A stretch of 32,000 nucleotides of DNA from Candidatus Altimarinota bacterium (GCA_041659405.1 JBAZYK010000010.1:41508-73507), one strand, 5' to 3'; shown: positions 9,502-19,044, counted from the first letter of the stretch. Numbers and translations are program-made. Notes: a model not told the origin generated them from the letters alone.

Positions 9502-9795
9502 ATGATTTTAATTTCGATTGATGACGCGAAGAAGAGTATTGAAGGATACGACCCAAATAAGGCCGAGGTATTTCATAATTTTTATCGAACGCATGCTGGT
9601 TCAAGAAAAATTTTACTATATGTCGCTGAAAATTTTCCAAACATTGAAATTTTGTTATATGAAAGTTCGTATAACAAAGTTCAAGAACTGATTTATAAAA
9701 AGCTCAAATTTGGTTTAAAGGGAAACCAAATTGAGTTTTTGAGAAAAAATCAATATACTGAAAATGAAGTATTAAATTTAGTAAAAGTTTTATGA
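9502..9795 (+). CDS. Hypothetical protein, 97 aa
   Basis: ORF opened by ATG after the inverted repeat. Overlaps the next gene by ATGA at 9792-9795. Confidence 0.6.
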   Translation: MILISIDDAKKSIEGYDPNKAEVFHNFYRTHAGSRKILLYVAENFPNIEILLYESSYNKVQELIYKKLKFGLKGNQIEFLRKNQYTENEVLNLVKVL

Positions 9796-10058
9796 AAAAA
9801 ATCCTTTTGCCTCGAAGAGATCCTAATAATCCTCAGGTTAGAGAATATGTTGATGCTCTTAAAAGGGGTTATGCCAGTCAGCATGTATTGTTTTTTAATT
9901 CTGGTTGGGTTGTTAAAAAGCCTGGTTCTGCGAGAGCTACAAAATTTTTTTCTACCAAACGGGCAGCTGTTTCTTATGGTAAAGAGATTGCTAAAAACAA
10001 AGGTACAGGCCTCTTTATTCATTCAAAAGATGGTAGGATCCAGGAACGGTTTAACTAA
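9792..10058 (+). CDS. DUF2188-like small protein
   Basis: 88 aa. GWVVKKPGSARATKFFSTKRAAVSYGKEIAKNKGTGLFIHSKDGRIQERFN fits the DUF2188 pattern. Confidence 0.75.
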   Translation: MKKILLPRRDPNNPQVREYVDALKRGYASQHVLFFNSGWVVKKPGSARATKFFSTKRAAVSYGKEIAKNKGTGLFIHSKDGRIQERFN

Positions 10059-10060
10059 CT

Positions 10061-11356
10061 TTATGGCGTCAGCCTGTAGATTGTTCGTGGGAATGGAATT
10101 GATTCGCGGACGTGTTCAAGGCCGCAGATCCAGGTGACAAGGCGTTCCAGGCCATAACCAAATCCGCTGTGTGGCACGGAGCCGAATTTGCGGAGATCCA
10201 AATACCACTGGAAGGCTTCAACCGGCAATTTGTGTTCCTGAATTTTTTTGAGGAGTTTGTCGTAATCGTCTTCACGCTGGCTTCCACCAATAATTTCGCC
10301 ATAGCCTTCCGGGGCTAGTAGATCAGCACAAAGGGCGCGAGTTGGATCTTTAGGGTCCGGTTTCATATAAAACGCTTTTACAATTGCAGGATATTTTTCC
10401 ACAAAAATTGGTTTGTCATATTTTTTAGTGAGCATGGTTTCGTCATCGGCGCCAAGGTCGTCCATATCGCCAATATCCGAGCCCATTTCACGCAGTTCTT
10501 TAATTACTTCCGCATGAGTTTTGCGAATGAAAGGTGCTTCAATTTTTTGGAGAGGTTCAATGTTGCGTTCCAAAATCTTGAGTTCGTTAGCGTTTTTTGC
10601 GAGCACGGATTTTACAATGTGGGTGATCAATTGTTCCTGAATTTCCATATTTTGTTCGTGTTCCACAAAAGCGGCTTCGGCATCCAGCATCCAGAATTCC
10701 GTTAAATGACGGCGAGTTTTGGATTTTTCAGCGCGGAAAACCGGTCCAAAATCAAAACATCTTCCAACTGAAAAAATTGCCGCTTCAATGTATAATTGTC
10801 CGGATTGGCTTAGATAAGCCTGGCCCATGTCAAAATAATCCACGCCAAAAAGTTCGGTGGTGCCTTCGCAGGCATTTGGAGTCAGAATTGGCGCATCAAT
10901 TTTAATGTAATCGTTGTTGTTCAACCATTCAAAACTGGCGTTGATAATTGTGTTGCGGATTCTTTGAATTGCCCATTGGCGGCTGGAACGAAGCCATAAA
11001 TGGCGCTGGTCCATCAAAAATTCAATGCCGTGATCTTTTTTGGAAATTGGATATTCTTCTGTGACCAACTGCACGATCTCGATATTTTTTACCTGAATTT
11101 CATAAGTATCGGCCTGCTTGGGATGTTTTGTGACCATGCCGGTAATTTTCACCGAAGATTCCGCGGTGAGTTTTTCGGCTTCAGCAAGAGTTTCCGGGCT
11201 GACGCTAGAAGCTTCTACAATTCCCTGAATAATGCCGGTTCCATCACGCAATTGCAGAAAATAAATTTTTCCGCTGCCGCGTTTGTTGAACATCCAACCT
11301 TGAATCGTGGCCTCCTGATCTACGTAATCTTTGATTTTGGAAATGGTGGTGAGCAT
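10061..11356 (-). CDS. asnS: Asparaginyl-tRNA synthetase
   Basis: OB-fold N-terminus (VTIQ-like GWMFNKRGSGKIYFLQLRDGTGIIQG) and class II motifs (FRAEKSKTRRHLTEFWMLDAE; GSVPHSGFGYGLERLVTWICGLEHVRESIPFPR). The ORF extends to 11413, but MLTTISKIKDYV at 11356 is the more natural start. Confidence 0.93.
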   Translation of the reverse strand: MLTTISKIKDYVDQEATIQGWMFNKRGSGKIYFLQLRDGTGIIQGIVEASSVSPETLAEAEKLTAESSVKITGMVTKHPKQADTYEIQVKNIEIVQLVTEEYPISKKDHGIEFLMDQRHLWLRSSRQWAIQRIRNTIINASFEWLNNNDYIKIDAPILTPNACEGTTELFGVDYFDMGQAYLSQSGQLYIEAAIFSVGRCFDFGPVFRAEKSKTRRHLTEFWMLDAEAAFVEHEQNMEIQEQLITHIVKSVLAKNANELKILERNIEPLQKIEAPFIRKTHAEVIKELREMGSDIGDMDDLGADDETMLTKKYDKPIFVEKYPAIVKAFYMKPDPKDPTRALCADLLAPEGYGEIIGGSQREDDYDKLLKKIQEHKLPVEAFQWYLDLRKFGSVPHSGFGYGLERLVTWICGLEHVRESIPFPRTIYRLTP

Positions 11357-11431
11357 GGGGTTCGTTTTAAAATAAGCCGCAAACAACATACTAAAATGTA
11401 GTTTGGCGGGCAAGGGCTGGATTGGATGAAT

Positions 11432-12193
11432 TTATAGACCGGGTTCTTCGTCCCAGCCTTTTGGAGTTACAATTTCGCCGTTGTTATAATTGTTGGAATC
11501 ATCGCCCTTGGTTCCTGGGTGGCGTTGTCTTGGTGCGCGCGGTGTTTTAGTTTTAGGATTTGACGTTGCGGATGTAGCTGGAGCGGCCGTTTTGGAAGGT
11601 GCAACATTTGCGCTAGCAATTGGAGCTTGGCTTGCACTGGCGCTTGGTGTTGCTTGCTTCGTTACTGTGCCTGAATCAGTCCCGGCATCAGCGGGATTTG
11701 GAACTTTTACACTTGGAGTTGTTGCGGAAATGTCCGGTTTTGATGGAGTTTTAAATGCTTTTTGTACAACGTATAAGGTTGTCAACGCAGTGATAGCAGC
11801 TATGGCAATAGTTGTTCTAGTCCCAAGAATAGGATTTTTAGGAATTTCGTCTGAAGCAGGCTTTTTGTCCGGGGTAGTTTCCGGTGGTCTCCATCCTGGA
11901 TGTGGAATGATTCTACGTACGGTTGGGGTAAGTGGTTTTTGCGCCAGCTTAAAAGGTGAAGTGTTTTCTGGTTGAGCTGCTTGCTCGGGTGCTTCAACGT
12001 TAACGATAACTCTGGCTATGGCTGTGTTTGTTTCTGCATCACCTGAATTAGGGACTGTTGTTGAAGCCTCTGGATTTTCCGTGCCTAAATCCGGAGTTGT
12101 TGGAGTTTGTTCAGTTTCCGGTGGTGGTGGGCTGAGCCAGCCGTCGGTAAGAGTGTCATTTTCTGAAGTGGATGGTCTTTCTCTTGTTCCCAT
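11432..12193 (-). CDS. Hypothetical protein with one TM-like segment and a long Ala/Thr/Pro/Ser-rich region
   Basis: 253 aa. TTIAIAAITALTTLYVVQKAF segment, low-complexity linker, tail GEIVTPKGWDEEPGL. Confidence 0.6.
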   Translation of the reverse strand: MGTRERPSTSENDTLTDGWLSPPPPETEQTPTTPDLGTENPEASTTVPNSGDAETNTAIARVIVNVEAPEQAAQPENTSPFKLAQKPLTPTVRRIIPHPGWRPPETTPDKKPASDEIPKNPILGTRTTIAIAAITALTTLYVVQKAFKTPSKPDISATTPSVKVPNPADAGTDSGTVTKQATPSASASQAPIASANVAPSKTAAPATSATSNPKTKTPRAPRQRHPGTKGDDSNNYNNGEIVTPKGWDEEPGL

Positions 12194-12341
12194 AATTATT
12201 TGATTAAAAGGTTGTCAATGTATCAATTTGTGGTTGTTTCATCAAGCGAAACTTACTAAAGTTAGATCGGAATTGATCTGAAATGTGAATTCAAAATTGG
12301 AAGAGAAGTGCTGGAATATGAGCTATAAAGGCGGAATTTAG

Positions 12342-12370
12342 TTGACAAAGTGTAAGAATTTACGTATAAA
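12342..12370 (+). promoter_or_regulatory. Sigma-70-like promoter upstream of the 12400 gene
   Basis: TTGACA (12342-12347), 17-nt spacer, TATAAA (12365-12370), 29 nt before ATG. Confidence 0.65.
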
Positions 12371-12399
12371 TTAGTACTCAATATTTTTTGTAGAATATT

Positions 12400-13950
12400 A
12401 TGCTAAATGGTGTACCTGATTCGGATCAAAATTTGGATGGAGTTGATTCTGTTGTGGGATCTGAAAAGTCGGTGGATTTTCAAGCGTTGGCTAAATCAAT
12501 TGTTTCCAAACTTGATGCTGCCGGATTGAAAAATAAAGTTGAAGAAATTTATATGGGTGCAAGTTCGGAAATTCTGCAGGATAATCCAAAAATATTTTTT
12601 ACTTTTATGCAGAGTGTTTTTGAAGTTGCCGGTGAAGTAAGCTATTTAAGGGATGAACTTGCCAGATTTGGTAAAGAAGCTGGTGTTTTAGACAAAAAAT
12701 CGTCTAGGGATGATGATGCAACCAAATTTTTAGTTAGAGGAGTTGATAAACTTTCGAGATTGGGATTAGAGGAAGGGAATCTCCAAGGGAGCAAATCAGC
12801 CGGTATGTCGCAGCAACTTCAAGAAAAACAATTTGTTGAGGCAAAGGAAAAATTAGCCGCTTTACAAAGTGTTTTAGGTCAAGAAGGGGATTTGGAATTG
12901 GCGCAGAAATATTATTTGAGTAGAATTGTAGGATTTTTTAATCAAGTTCAATCTTTCTTGGATGAGGTGGAATTATTTAAAACAGCAGCTGAAAAGCGTT
13001 TTGCCAAAATTGACAGAGGGACTCCGGAAGGGCAGGGGATACTTGTTTCATTGACTAGTCTTAGGGGGAGAGTTGAAGAATTGATTGTGTCGGAAAAATC
13101 TTTATTGGCTTGGCTTGAAACTTTTTTGAACGTAAATAAAGGATATATTGATCCGGGGATTCGAAGCGTGATTGAAGGACTCATTGGGGTAAAAGGGCCC
13201 GGGCGTTCGCGTGTGTCATTAGTGCCTAAGGAGCCTTTATTTGGGAGGGGTGCGGTTGGTTTGACTCCGACTCCGGGAGCGGTGGCGGTTGATTCCGAGA
13301 GTGGGCATGGGCGGTCGGCGCAAAAAAAAGCGGCTGGTGGAGGTGAAAAAGTTGGTAGTGTAACAGCTATGGTTAAGGCTAATTCCCAAAGAATTGGAGT
13401 CTTGAAGGCTATGGCGGCTGGAACAGCTTTGGCGGTGACTGTGGCACTTGGAATCGTGGGCGCAAGAAAAATGTTTTCCGGGGATCCGGTTTCTGCTCAG
13501 GCTGCCGGGCAAAATGGGAAGAGCAATGCCAAGGTTGCCGGATCACAAAATGTTGATGCCGGAATTGGTGTTGGTGAGCTGGCAAAGGCGGTTGAATCTG
13601 CGGGGTCGTCGATTGAAACAGCAAAACCAGCAATTGAACCGATTGTTGAACCGATTGCGGCGGCTTCTGCGGAGGTCATACAAGAAATTCCGGCAAAAGA
13701 TGCAGGTGCGGTTTTAATTGATGCTGGTACTGTCTTGGGAGTTGAATCTGCGGCTCAGCATAAAAATTCACCAGTGGCTTCTGCTAAAGTTCCCGGAGCG
13801 GTTTCTTCAATCCCGGTTGCTCCTTCGTCAGCTGCTTCCTCAATTCCTGCGGCCGGTGTTTCGGCTGCACCTACGGCAAAACCGGAAGACGTTCCAATCA
13901 AACCAAAGGGGGACGTGGTTAATCCTTGGGGTGAACCTGAAGAAAAATAA
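12400..13950 (+). CDS. Hypothetical protein: helical N-terminus, TM-like segment, Ala/Pro-rich C-terminal region
   Basis: 516 aa. AAGTALAVTVALGIVGARKMF segment, then repetitive Ala/Val/Pro-rich sequence ending GDVVNPWGEPEEK. Confidence 0.75.
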   Translation: MLNGVPDSDQNLDGVDSVVGSEKSVDFQALAKSIVSKLDAAGLKNKVEEIYMGASSEILQDNPKIFFTFMQSVFEVAGEVSYLRDELARFGKEAGVLDKKSSRDDDATKFLVRGVDKLSRLGLEEGNLQGSKSAGMSQQLQEKQFVEAKEKLAALQSVLGQEGDLELAQKYYLSRIVGFFNQVQSFLDEVELFKTAAEKRFAKIDRGTPEGQGILVSLTSLRGRVEELIVSEKSLLAWLETFLNVNKGYIDPGIRSVIEGLIGVKGPGRSRVSLVPKEPLFGRGAVGLTPTPGAVAVDSESGHGRSAQKKAAGGGEKVGSVTAMVKANSQRIGVLKAMAAGTALAVTVALGIVGARKMFSGDPVSAQAAGQNGKSNAKVAGSQNVDAGIGVGELAKAVESAGSSIETAKPAIEPIVEPIAAASAEVIQEIPAKDAGAVLIDAGTVLGVESAAQHKNSPVASAKVPGAVSSIPVAPSSAASSIPAAGVSAAPTAKPEDVPIKPKGDVVNPWGEPEEK

Positions 13951-13959
13951 TTATTTTTC
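13942..13959. repeat. Perfect 18-bp palindrome spanning two abutting stop codons
   Basis: GAAAAATAA|TTATTTTTC. The plus-strand TAA is 13948-13950 and the minus-strand stop is 13951-13953. Confidence 0.85.
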
Positions 13960-14898
13960 GGCTGATGAATCGGGCGTAATGCCTACCAAAGCATTAATTT
14001 TTGCGTCAGTGGCGATTGCTAAGTTAGTCAACTCTTCCGTGCAGACATGATGTGCGGCAACGGCGTCTTTTAGAGCTGCGTCCGGGTCGTTTTTATCTGC
14101 CGATGCTTCCATTCCCACTTGTGTGAAAGAGTGCGCTTTTGATCCGTGAATTCCGGCGCGATGTTTCTGAATAGCTTGGTCTGGAATTTGCAGGGGGCCG
14201 CTATATTGTTGTCTTGTTTCAATAAAACGACCGATTTTGGTTCCTTCTTTTGATTTTTGTTGGCATGATTCCATTACGCTTTCCAGGTTTCTGATTGTCG
14301 CTTCAATTTCTTCCAGATGTTTTAACAATTCTTTTATTTCAAGGACTTTTTGCAATGTTTCTTTGTTTGTACTAAGACCTTCAAAAAATAATTTTACAGT
14401 TGTTAAAGCGCCCGGCAGATGTTCGAGTTCTCTTAGTTTATCAAATAGTTCAGCATGGGTTTGGTCCGGTTGGGGTGTGTTTGCCAGTGTTCTGTTTCCG
14501 GTTTGAATAAAAGGTCCTACAGCTCTGAGCCAGTCGAATGTTAAAGATTTTATTTTTGCTTCTGCCGCGGTGATGATTTTTTGAGCTGCGGCATCTATTG
14601 CTGCTCTTGAGTCATGACCTGCTAAGACCAAATCTGCCAATCCCGGTCTTTTTAATAGGGTTGCGCTTCCTACTTGTTCTCCGGGGCTAAACCTAATAGT
14701 TCTTTTGAATGCTGGAGGTGCCGCTCGTTCTACGGCAGCACGCGTTTCTACTCGTGGGGTTTTTATGGCAGGGGGAACTAGTTGGTCGTGTTGTTCCGGT
14801 TGTTTGTCTAATTCAATTACGAATCCTTCATTTTTGGTTACCAATCCATCATCTTCGGGTTCCGGTCGTCCATTTGCGTCAATCTTTTCTACTGACAT
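13951..14898 (-). CDS. Hypothetical predominantly helical protein
   Basis: 315 aa. Heptad-like segment TTVKLFFEGLSTNKETLQKVLEIKELLKHLEEIEATIRNLESVMESCQQ. Confidence 0.65.
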   Translation of the reverse strand: MSVEKIDANGRPEPEDDGLVTKNEGFVIELDKQPEQHDQLVPPAIKTPRVETRAAVERAAPPAFKRTIRFSPGEQVGSATLLKRPGLADLVLAGHDSRAAIDAAAQKIITAAEAKIKSLTFDWLRAVGPFIQTGNRTLANTPQPDQTHAELFDKLRELEHLPGALTTVKLFFEGLSTNKETLQKVLEIKELLKHLEEIEATIRNLESVMESCQQKSKEGTKIGRFIETRQQYSGPLQIPDQAIQKHRAGIHGSKAHSFTQVGMEASADKNDPDAALKDAVAAHHVCTEELTNLAIATDAKINALVGITPDSSAEK

Positions 14899-14952
14899 AA
14901 AGAAAAATTAATTTGTAAGAGGAGGTCAATGTAGTGTTTTGACTTTGTTTCG

Positions 14953-15633
14953 TCAAATATTTTTCAGCATTTCTTTAACTTTAAACATTGGCAGGCCGAT
15001 CACGTTGTCGTAATCGCCGTCGATTTTTTTGATCATTTTGCCGCCGCTGCCTTCAATCGAAAAAGCTCCGGAGATTTTTAGGGCTTCCGGGGCGCTCGCC
15101 AGCAGGTCAATTTCTGCCCGGGTCATTTTTTTGATTTTGAGTTTTGTGAGCACGCACGAAGTGCGCTTGCGCATGACTTTGCCGTTTATGTCAGTTTTTA
15201 AAATTGCCAATCCGGTGTAGACGCGAATGGTTTTTCCGCTCATGGAGCCAATAATTTGCTGGGCTTCTTTGATGTTTTTGGGTTTGCCGATTTTTTTTGT
15301 GCCAACCATGATAAAAGTGTCTGCGCCAATGATGATTGCGTTAGGCCATTTTGGGGCAACCGTTAGTGCTTTTCCCAAAGCCAAATGCGTGGCCAGTTTT
15401 CGTGGATGGCCGTGCGATAGCATGTCTTCGTCAAAATCGCTTGTGCACCAGGTAAAAGGTTTGTGCAGTTTTTTCATGAGCTGACGCCTTGCCAAAGATG
15501 CGGAGGCAAGAACAATTTGAGGGCTTGGGGAAAGCGAGCGATTCTTTGAAACTTCGTCATGATTCGTCGTTTCCTTTCGACCGCGAACCGTTTCCTTTTT
15601 ACGGCTTGTTTTAGAGCTTTTTGTTGACATCAT
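14953..15633 (-). CDS. maf: Maf-like nucleotide pyrophosphatase
   Basis: IVLASASLARRQLM, ADTFIMVGTKKIGKPKN, GAFSIEGSGGKMIKKIDGDYDNVIGLP. The N-terminal extension before IVLASAS makes the start uncertain. Confidence 0.88.
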   Translation of the reverse strand: MMSTKSSKTSRKKETVRGRKETTNHDEVSKNRSLSPSPQIVLASASLARRQLMKKLHKPFTWCTSDFDEDMLSHGHPRKLATHLALGKALTVAPKWPNAIIIGADTFIMVGTKKIGKPKNIKEAQQIIGSMSGKTIRVYTGLAILKTDINGKVMRKRTSCVLTKLKIKKMTRAEIDLLASAPEALKISGAFSIEGSGGKMIKKIDGDYDNVIGLPMFKVKEMLKNI

Positions 15634-15650
15634 TCTTGTTTTAGGGTAAT

Positions 15651-17462
15651 GTGCTATCTCTGTATATACAAATCACAAAGATGCGACAACTAAAATCTTA
15701 TCTGAAATATACGTTCGGACTCGTTTGGCGTCAAAAAAAACAAGTAATTTCCTTGGTGCTTTTGATTGTGTTCGCGACTGCCGTTCGCTTGGTGCAGCCA
15801 TATTTTTATAAGGTTTTGGTGGATACTCTTACAAACGGTGCGGCAAATAAATTTTTTACGAACGATCAGACCGGCTTTATGATCACGATTGTGCTTGTAT
15901 GGTTTCTTTTTGCGGTTGCCAGTAATTTGCTGAATGCCCAGCTGAATTATGTTGTTTGGACGATTGGAAATCGCAATTCACAGTGGGTGCACGTTGATGG
16001 TTTTCGCAAATTATTAAAGATGGATTATGCCAAGCATACACTTAAACACTCCAGTAAATATGCCAAAATTGTGGATGAAGCCGATACCTCCATGTGGGAA
16101 ATGACCAACTGGTGGCTGGGAAGATTTTTCCCGGGCGTGATTGGTTTTGTGGCGATGTTGGCGATTGCCTTTAGTACAAGCGTAGAAATGACTTTGGTTT
16201 CACTCGCGGTGGTGCCTTTTGGTTTGGGGATAATTTTTTTCATGTTGAATAAATATGATGATGATCAGCGCAAAGTTAATAAACTTTGGAATCGGAAACA
16301 TGAACATTTGAGTGACCAGATTTCCAATATCATTACTTATAAATTAAATCAGAATGAAAAACTTTTTGTGGAAGTGCAAAAGGATTTTAGTGATCGGGCC
16401 ACAAAAGCCCAGCATGCTTTAAATCAAAAATGGCGGCTTGTGGACATGCTTAATCCGGATGCGATTGCCAGGTTTTTGGTGATGGGTGTTGGTGTTTTTT
16501 TGGTTCAGCAGGGCAAAATTGGCCTGGGAACTCTTTTTATGTTTTTGGGTTTGTTGAATGAAATTTTGTCACCACTGCATTTTCTTGGAGATATCTTGCC
16601 GCAATATAGCCGTCGTGCGCGTCATATTGATCGTTATCTGCAACTTTTGAATGATCCTGATGGAATTATCGATCCGGAAGATCCCAAGCCTTTAAAACAG
16701 GTTAAAGGCAAGATTGAATTTAAAAATGTCAGCTTTGCGTATCCCGGGAAAAAAGCGGAGGCGGGTTTTATAATTAAAGATTTATCTTTTGTGATTGTTC
16801 CGGGTGAACACATGGCGATTGTTGGTCATTCCGGAGCAGGGAAGTCCACAATCATGGCATTACTTACACGTTTGGTTGATCCCGTTTCCGGCCAGGTTTT
16901 GTTGGACGGTGAAGATATTCGCAATTTTAAATTGGAAGAATATCATAAAATTATTGGAACTGTTTTGCAGGAACATTCTTTGTATGATGAAACGATCGCC
17001 CAAAATATTGCCTATGGAGAGCCAAAAGCAACTCGTGAGGAAATTATTCAAGCGGCAAAAAAAGCGGCTGCGCATGAATTTATTGATGTGCTTGTTGAAG
17101 GCTACGATACTTTAATCGGCGAAAAAGGCGTGCGACTTTCCGGTGGTGAAAAGCAGCGAATTTCAATCGCGAGGGCGGTTTTAAAAGATCCGAAAATTGT
17201 GGTTTTGGACGAGCCGACCAGCGCTTTGGACAGTATCACCGAATCCAAAGTGCAAAAGGGTTTGGACACTTTGTTGAAGGGGCGAACGGCGATAGTTATT
17301 GCGCATCGACTTTCCACTGTTCGTGAATCGGATAAAATTCTGGTTTTGGAAAAAGGCCGACGGGTTGATCTTGGCTCACACGCGGAGTTAATGAAAACCT
17401 GTAAAGATTATCAGGAAATGGTTAAATTGCAGACCAGCGGTTTTTTGGCTGATGAGGTTTAG
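15651..17462 (+). CDS. ABC exporter, fused membrane and ATP-binding domains
   Basis: 603 aa. TM domain, Walker A GHSGAGKST, signature LSGGEKQRISIARA, Walker B KIVVLDEPTSALD, and AHRLSTV. Alternative ATG start at 15681. Confidence 0.93.
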   Translation: MLSLYIQITKMRQLKSYLKYTFGLVWRQKKQVISLVLLIVFATAVRLVQPYFYKVLVDTLTNGAANKFFTNDQTGFMITIVLVWFLFAVASNLLNAQLNYVVWTIGNRNSQWVHVDGFRKLLKMDYAKHTLKHSSKYAKIVDEADTSMWEMTNWWLGRFFPGVIGFVAMLAIAFSTSVEMTLVSLAVVPFGLGIIFFMLNKYDDDQRKVNKLWNRKHEHLSDQISNIITYKLNQNEKLFVEVQKDFSDRATKAQHALNQKWRLVDMLNPDAIARFLVMGVGVFLVQQGKIGLGTLFMFLGLLNEILSPLHFLGDILPQYSRRARHIDRYLQLLNDPDGIIDPEDPKPLKQVKGKIEFKNVSFAYPGKKAEAGFIIKDLSFVIVPGEHMAIVGHSGAGKSTIMALLTRLVDPVSGQVLLDGEDIRNFKLEEYHKIIGTVLQEHSLYDETIAQNIAYGEPKATREEIIQAAKKAAAHEFIDVLVEGYDTLIGEKGVRLSGGEKQRISIARAVLKDPKIVVLDEPTSALDSITESKVQKGLDTLLKGRTAIVIAHRLSTVRESDKILVLEKGRRVDLGSHAELMKTCKDYQEMVKLQTSGFLADEV

Positions 17463-18214
17463 ATTTTGCCTTTAAGATAAGCCTGGCGAAGTTCTTCCGG
17501 AAAGCGTTCAATGGCATAGCGAAGCATGGTTCGCGGCATTTTTTTGTAATGCAGTTTCAAAAAATATTCTTCGGCTTCCTGTGATCTTTTGCCAATTTCC
17601 CGCAGCATCCAGCCAACAGCCTTATGAATTAAATCGTGCTTATCTTTTAAAAGCATGGTGGCAATTTGAAAAGCGTAAACAAATTGATTTTTTTTGATGA
17701 AATAAAAAGTTGCGAGCACGCTGATTCGGCGATGCCACATATTTTTAGAATCGGCCAGCTCTTCCAGGAGTTCCGTTGGTTTAAAGGAGCGGATGCCAAC
17801 TTGAAAAATAGGTGCATGTTCAAAAAGATATGCTCCGATAATTTTATCGGCGGAAAGATCAACCAAATCCCAATTATTGATGTAATCAAGATGCATCATG
17901 TAAAAATCAAAAACGGCTTTCTGTACACTTTCTTGGCCTTTTTCATATTTGGCAACAAGAATTAGCAGTGCGGCTAGCCGTTCTTCGTGAATTGTGCTTT
18001 TGATAATCACATCGATCTCATCAAAAGTAAGATCTTGATATTTTTGGGCGATTTGACGAATTATTGGCACGTTGATGCCTGCGAATTTATCACCTTCGCC
18101 ATATTGTCCCGGACCGGTTTTAAAGAACCGTTGCAATAATGTGGCTTTAACAGGATTGGCATGAAGCATGATTTCCTGTTTGAGTTCTTGAACTTTGGGG
18201 CTGTGTGTAGTCAT
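17459..18214 (-). CDS. DNA alkylation repair (AlkD-like HEAT-repeat) protein
   Basis: FFKTGPGQYGEGDKFAGINVPIIRQIAQKY, RLAALLILVAKYEKG, KDHDLIHKAVGWMLREIGKRS, MPRTMLRYAIERFPEELR. The ORF extends to 18259; MTTHS at 18214 is the likely start. Confidence 0.85.
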   Translation of the reverse strand: MTTHSPKVQELKQEIMLHANPVKATLLQRFFKTGPGQYGEGDKFAGINVPIIRQIAQKYQDLTFDEIDVIIKSTIHEERLAALLILVAKYEKGQESVQKAVFDFYMMHLDYINNWDLVDLSADKIIGAYLFEHAPIFQVGIRSFKPTELLEELADSKNMWHRRISVLATFYFIKKNQFVYAFQIATMLLKDKHDLIHKAVGWMLREIGKRSQEAEEYFLKLHYKKMPRTMLRYAIERFPEELRQAYLKGKI

Positions 18215-18291
18215 GGTGGAGGTTTTTATTTTGGAGTCGAAAAAGGGGAGTGTCAGCAAATAGATGTTTGTTGATCAACTGAACTTGGTTT

Positions 18292-19044
18292 TTATAAATA
18301 ACTGATGGCTTTGATAACAAAGATGTGCCCTATGTATATGTAAAATGAGTTGCGGCCCAGAAAAGAGAGCATCTGGTTTTTAGGGAGGACTCTGGCGATT
18401 AAGAAGTATACTGCAAAAACTTGTGGAATAAAAATGAAATCATAAAAGTTTCCAAATGCCAAAATGATAAATGGGATAATGCAGGTTAATAAGGCAAAAA
18501 TTGATTGTCTGTTTTTTAGGTTTGTTGCCGTGGAGTGAAGATCCCAATTGAGTGATAAAAAATATCCGACAAGTCCGTAAAGAAGAAAGGCGAGGTTATA
18601 GCTGTAAAAACCGCTCAAGTTAAGGATAATAATTGCAATTAAGCTGATTAATCCGCTGTAGATGGAATTTTTAATCAGTTTATCCATGGGAATACTGATC
18701 AGGATAAGCAAAGACATTGGCAGCAGAATTTCAAAAGAGAAAATTACTTGATTGCCTTTGATCAGTTCAAAAAGATTGAAATCGCTTTTTAGATAGTTTG
18801 GAATGTTGAATATTAAAAAGCAGGCCAGAATTTTAAGCGCAAGAATGAGTTTTTTATGGGTTTTGTTCTGCAAAAATCTTGCCAAGATAACTCCCAGGAA
18901 AATAACAAAGCCCATTGGTATCCAATAAAAAAACCGTTGATCAAATTGCAGTGAAGTAAGGTTGGTGATGATATGAAAAATCACCATGCCTGTTAGCAGC
19001 AGTCCGCGGTAAATGTCATAAGATTGGATTCGTTGTTTTTGCAT
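18292..19044 (-). CDS. Multi-TM membrane protein resembling the heparan-alpha-glucosaminide acyltransferase / DUF1624 family
   Basis: 250 aa. N-terminal RIQSYDIYRGLLLTGMVIFHIITNLTSL plus many hydrophobic helices. Confidence 0.6.
   Translation of the reverse strand: MQKQRIQSYDIYRGLLLTGMVIFHIITNLTSLQFDQRFFYWIPMGFVIFLGVILARFLQNKTHKKLILALKILACFLIFNIPNYLKSDFNLFELIKGNQVIFSFEILLPMSLLILISIPMDKLIKNSIYSGLISLIAIIILNLSGFYSYNLAFLLYGLVGYFLSLNWDLHSTATNLKNRQSIFALLTCIIPFIILAFGNFYDFIFIPQVFAVYFLIARVLPKNQMLSFLGRNSFYIYIGHIFVIKAISYL

Noticed and set aside
15624-15652. Possible promoter TTGACA-N17-TAATGT before the ABC exporter
   Set aside because: The -35 matches, but the -10 is weak and overlaps the GTG start at 15651. 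It would only work if ATG 15681 is the true start, so I did not list it as a feature.
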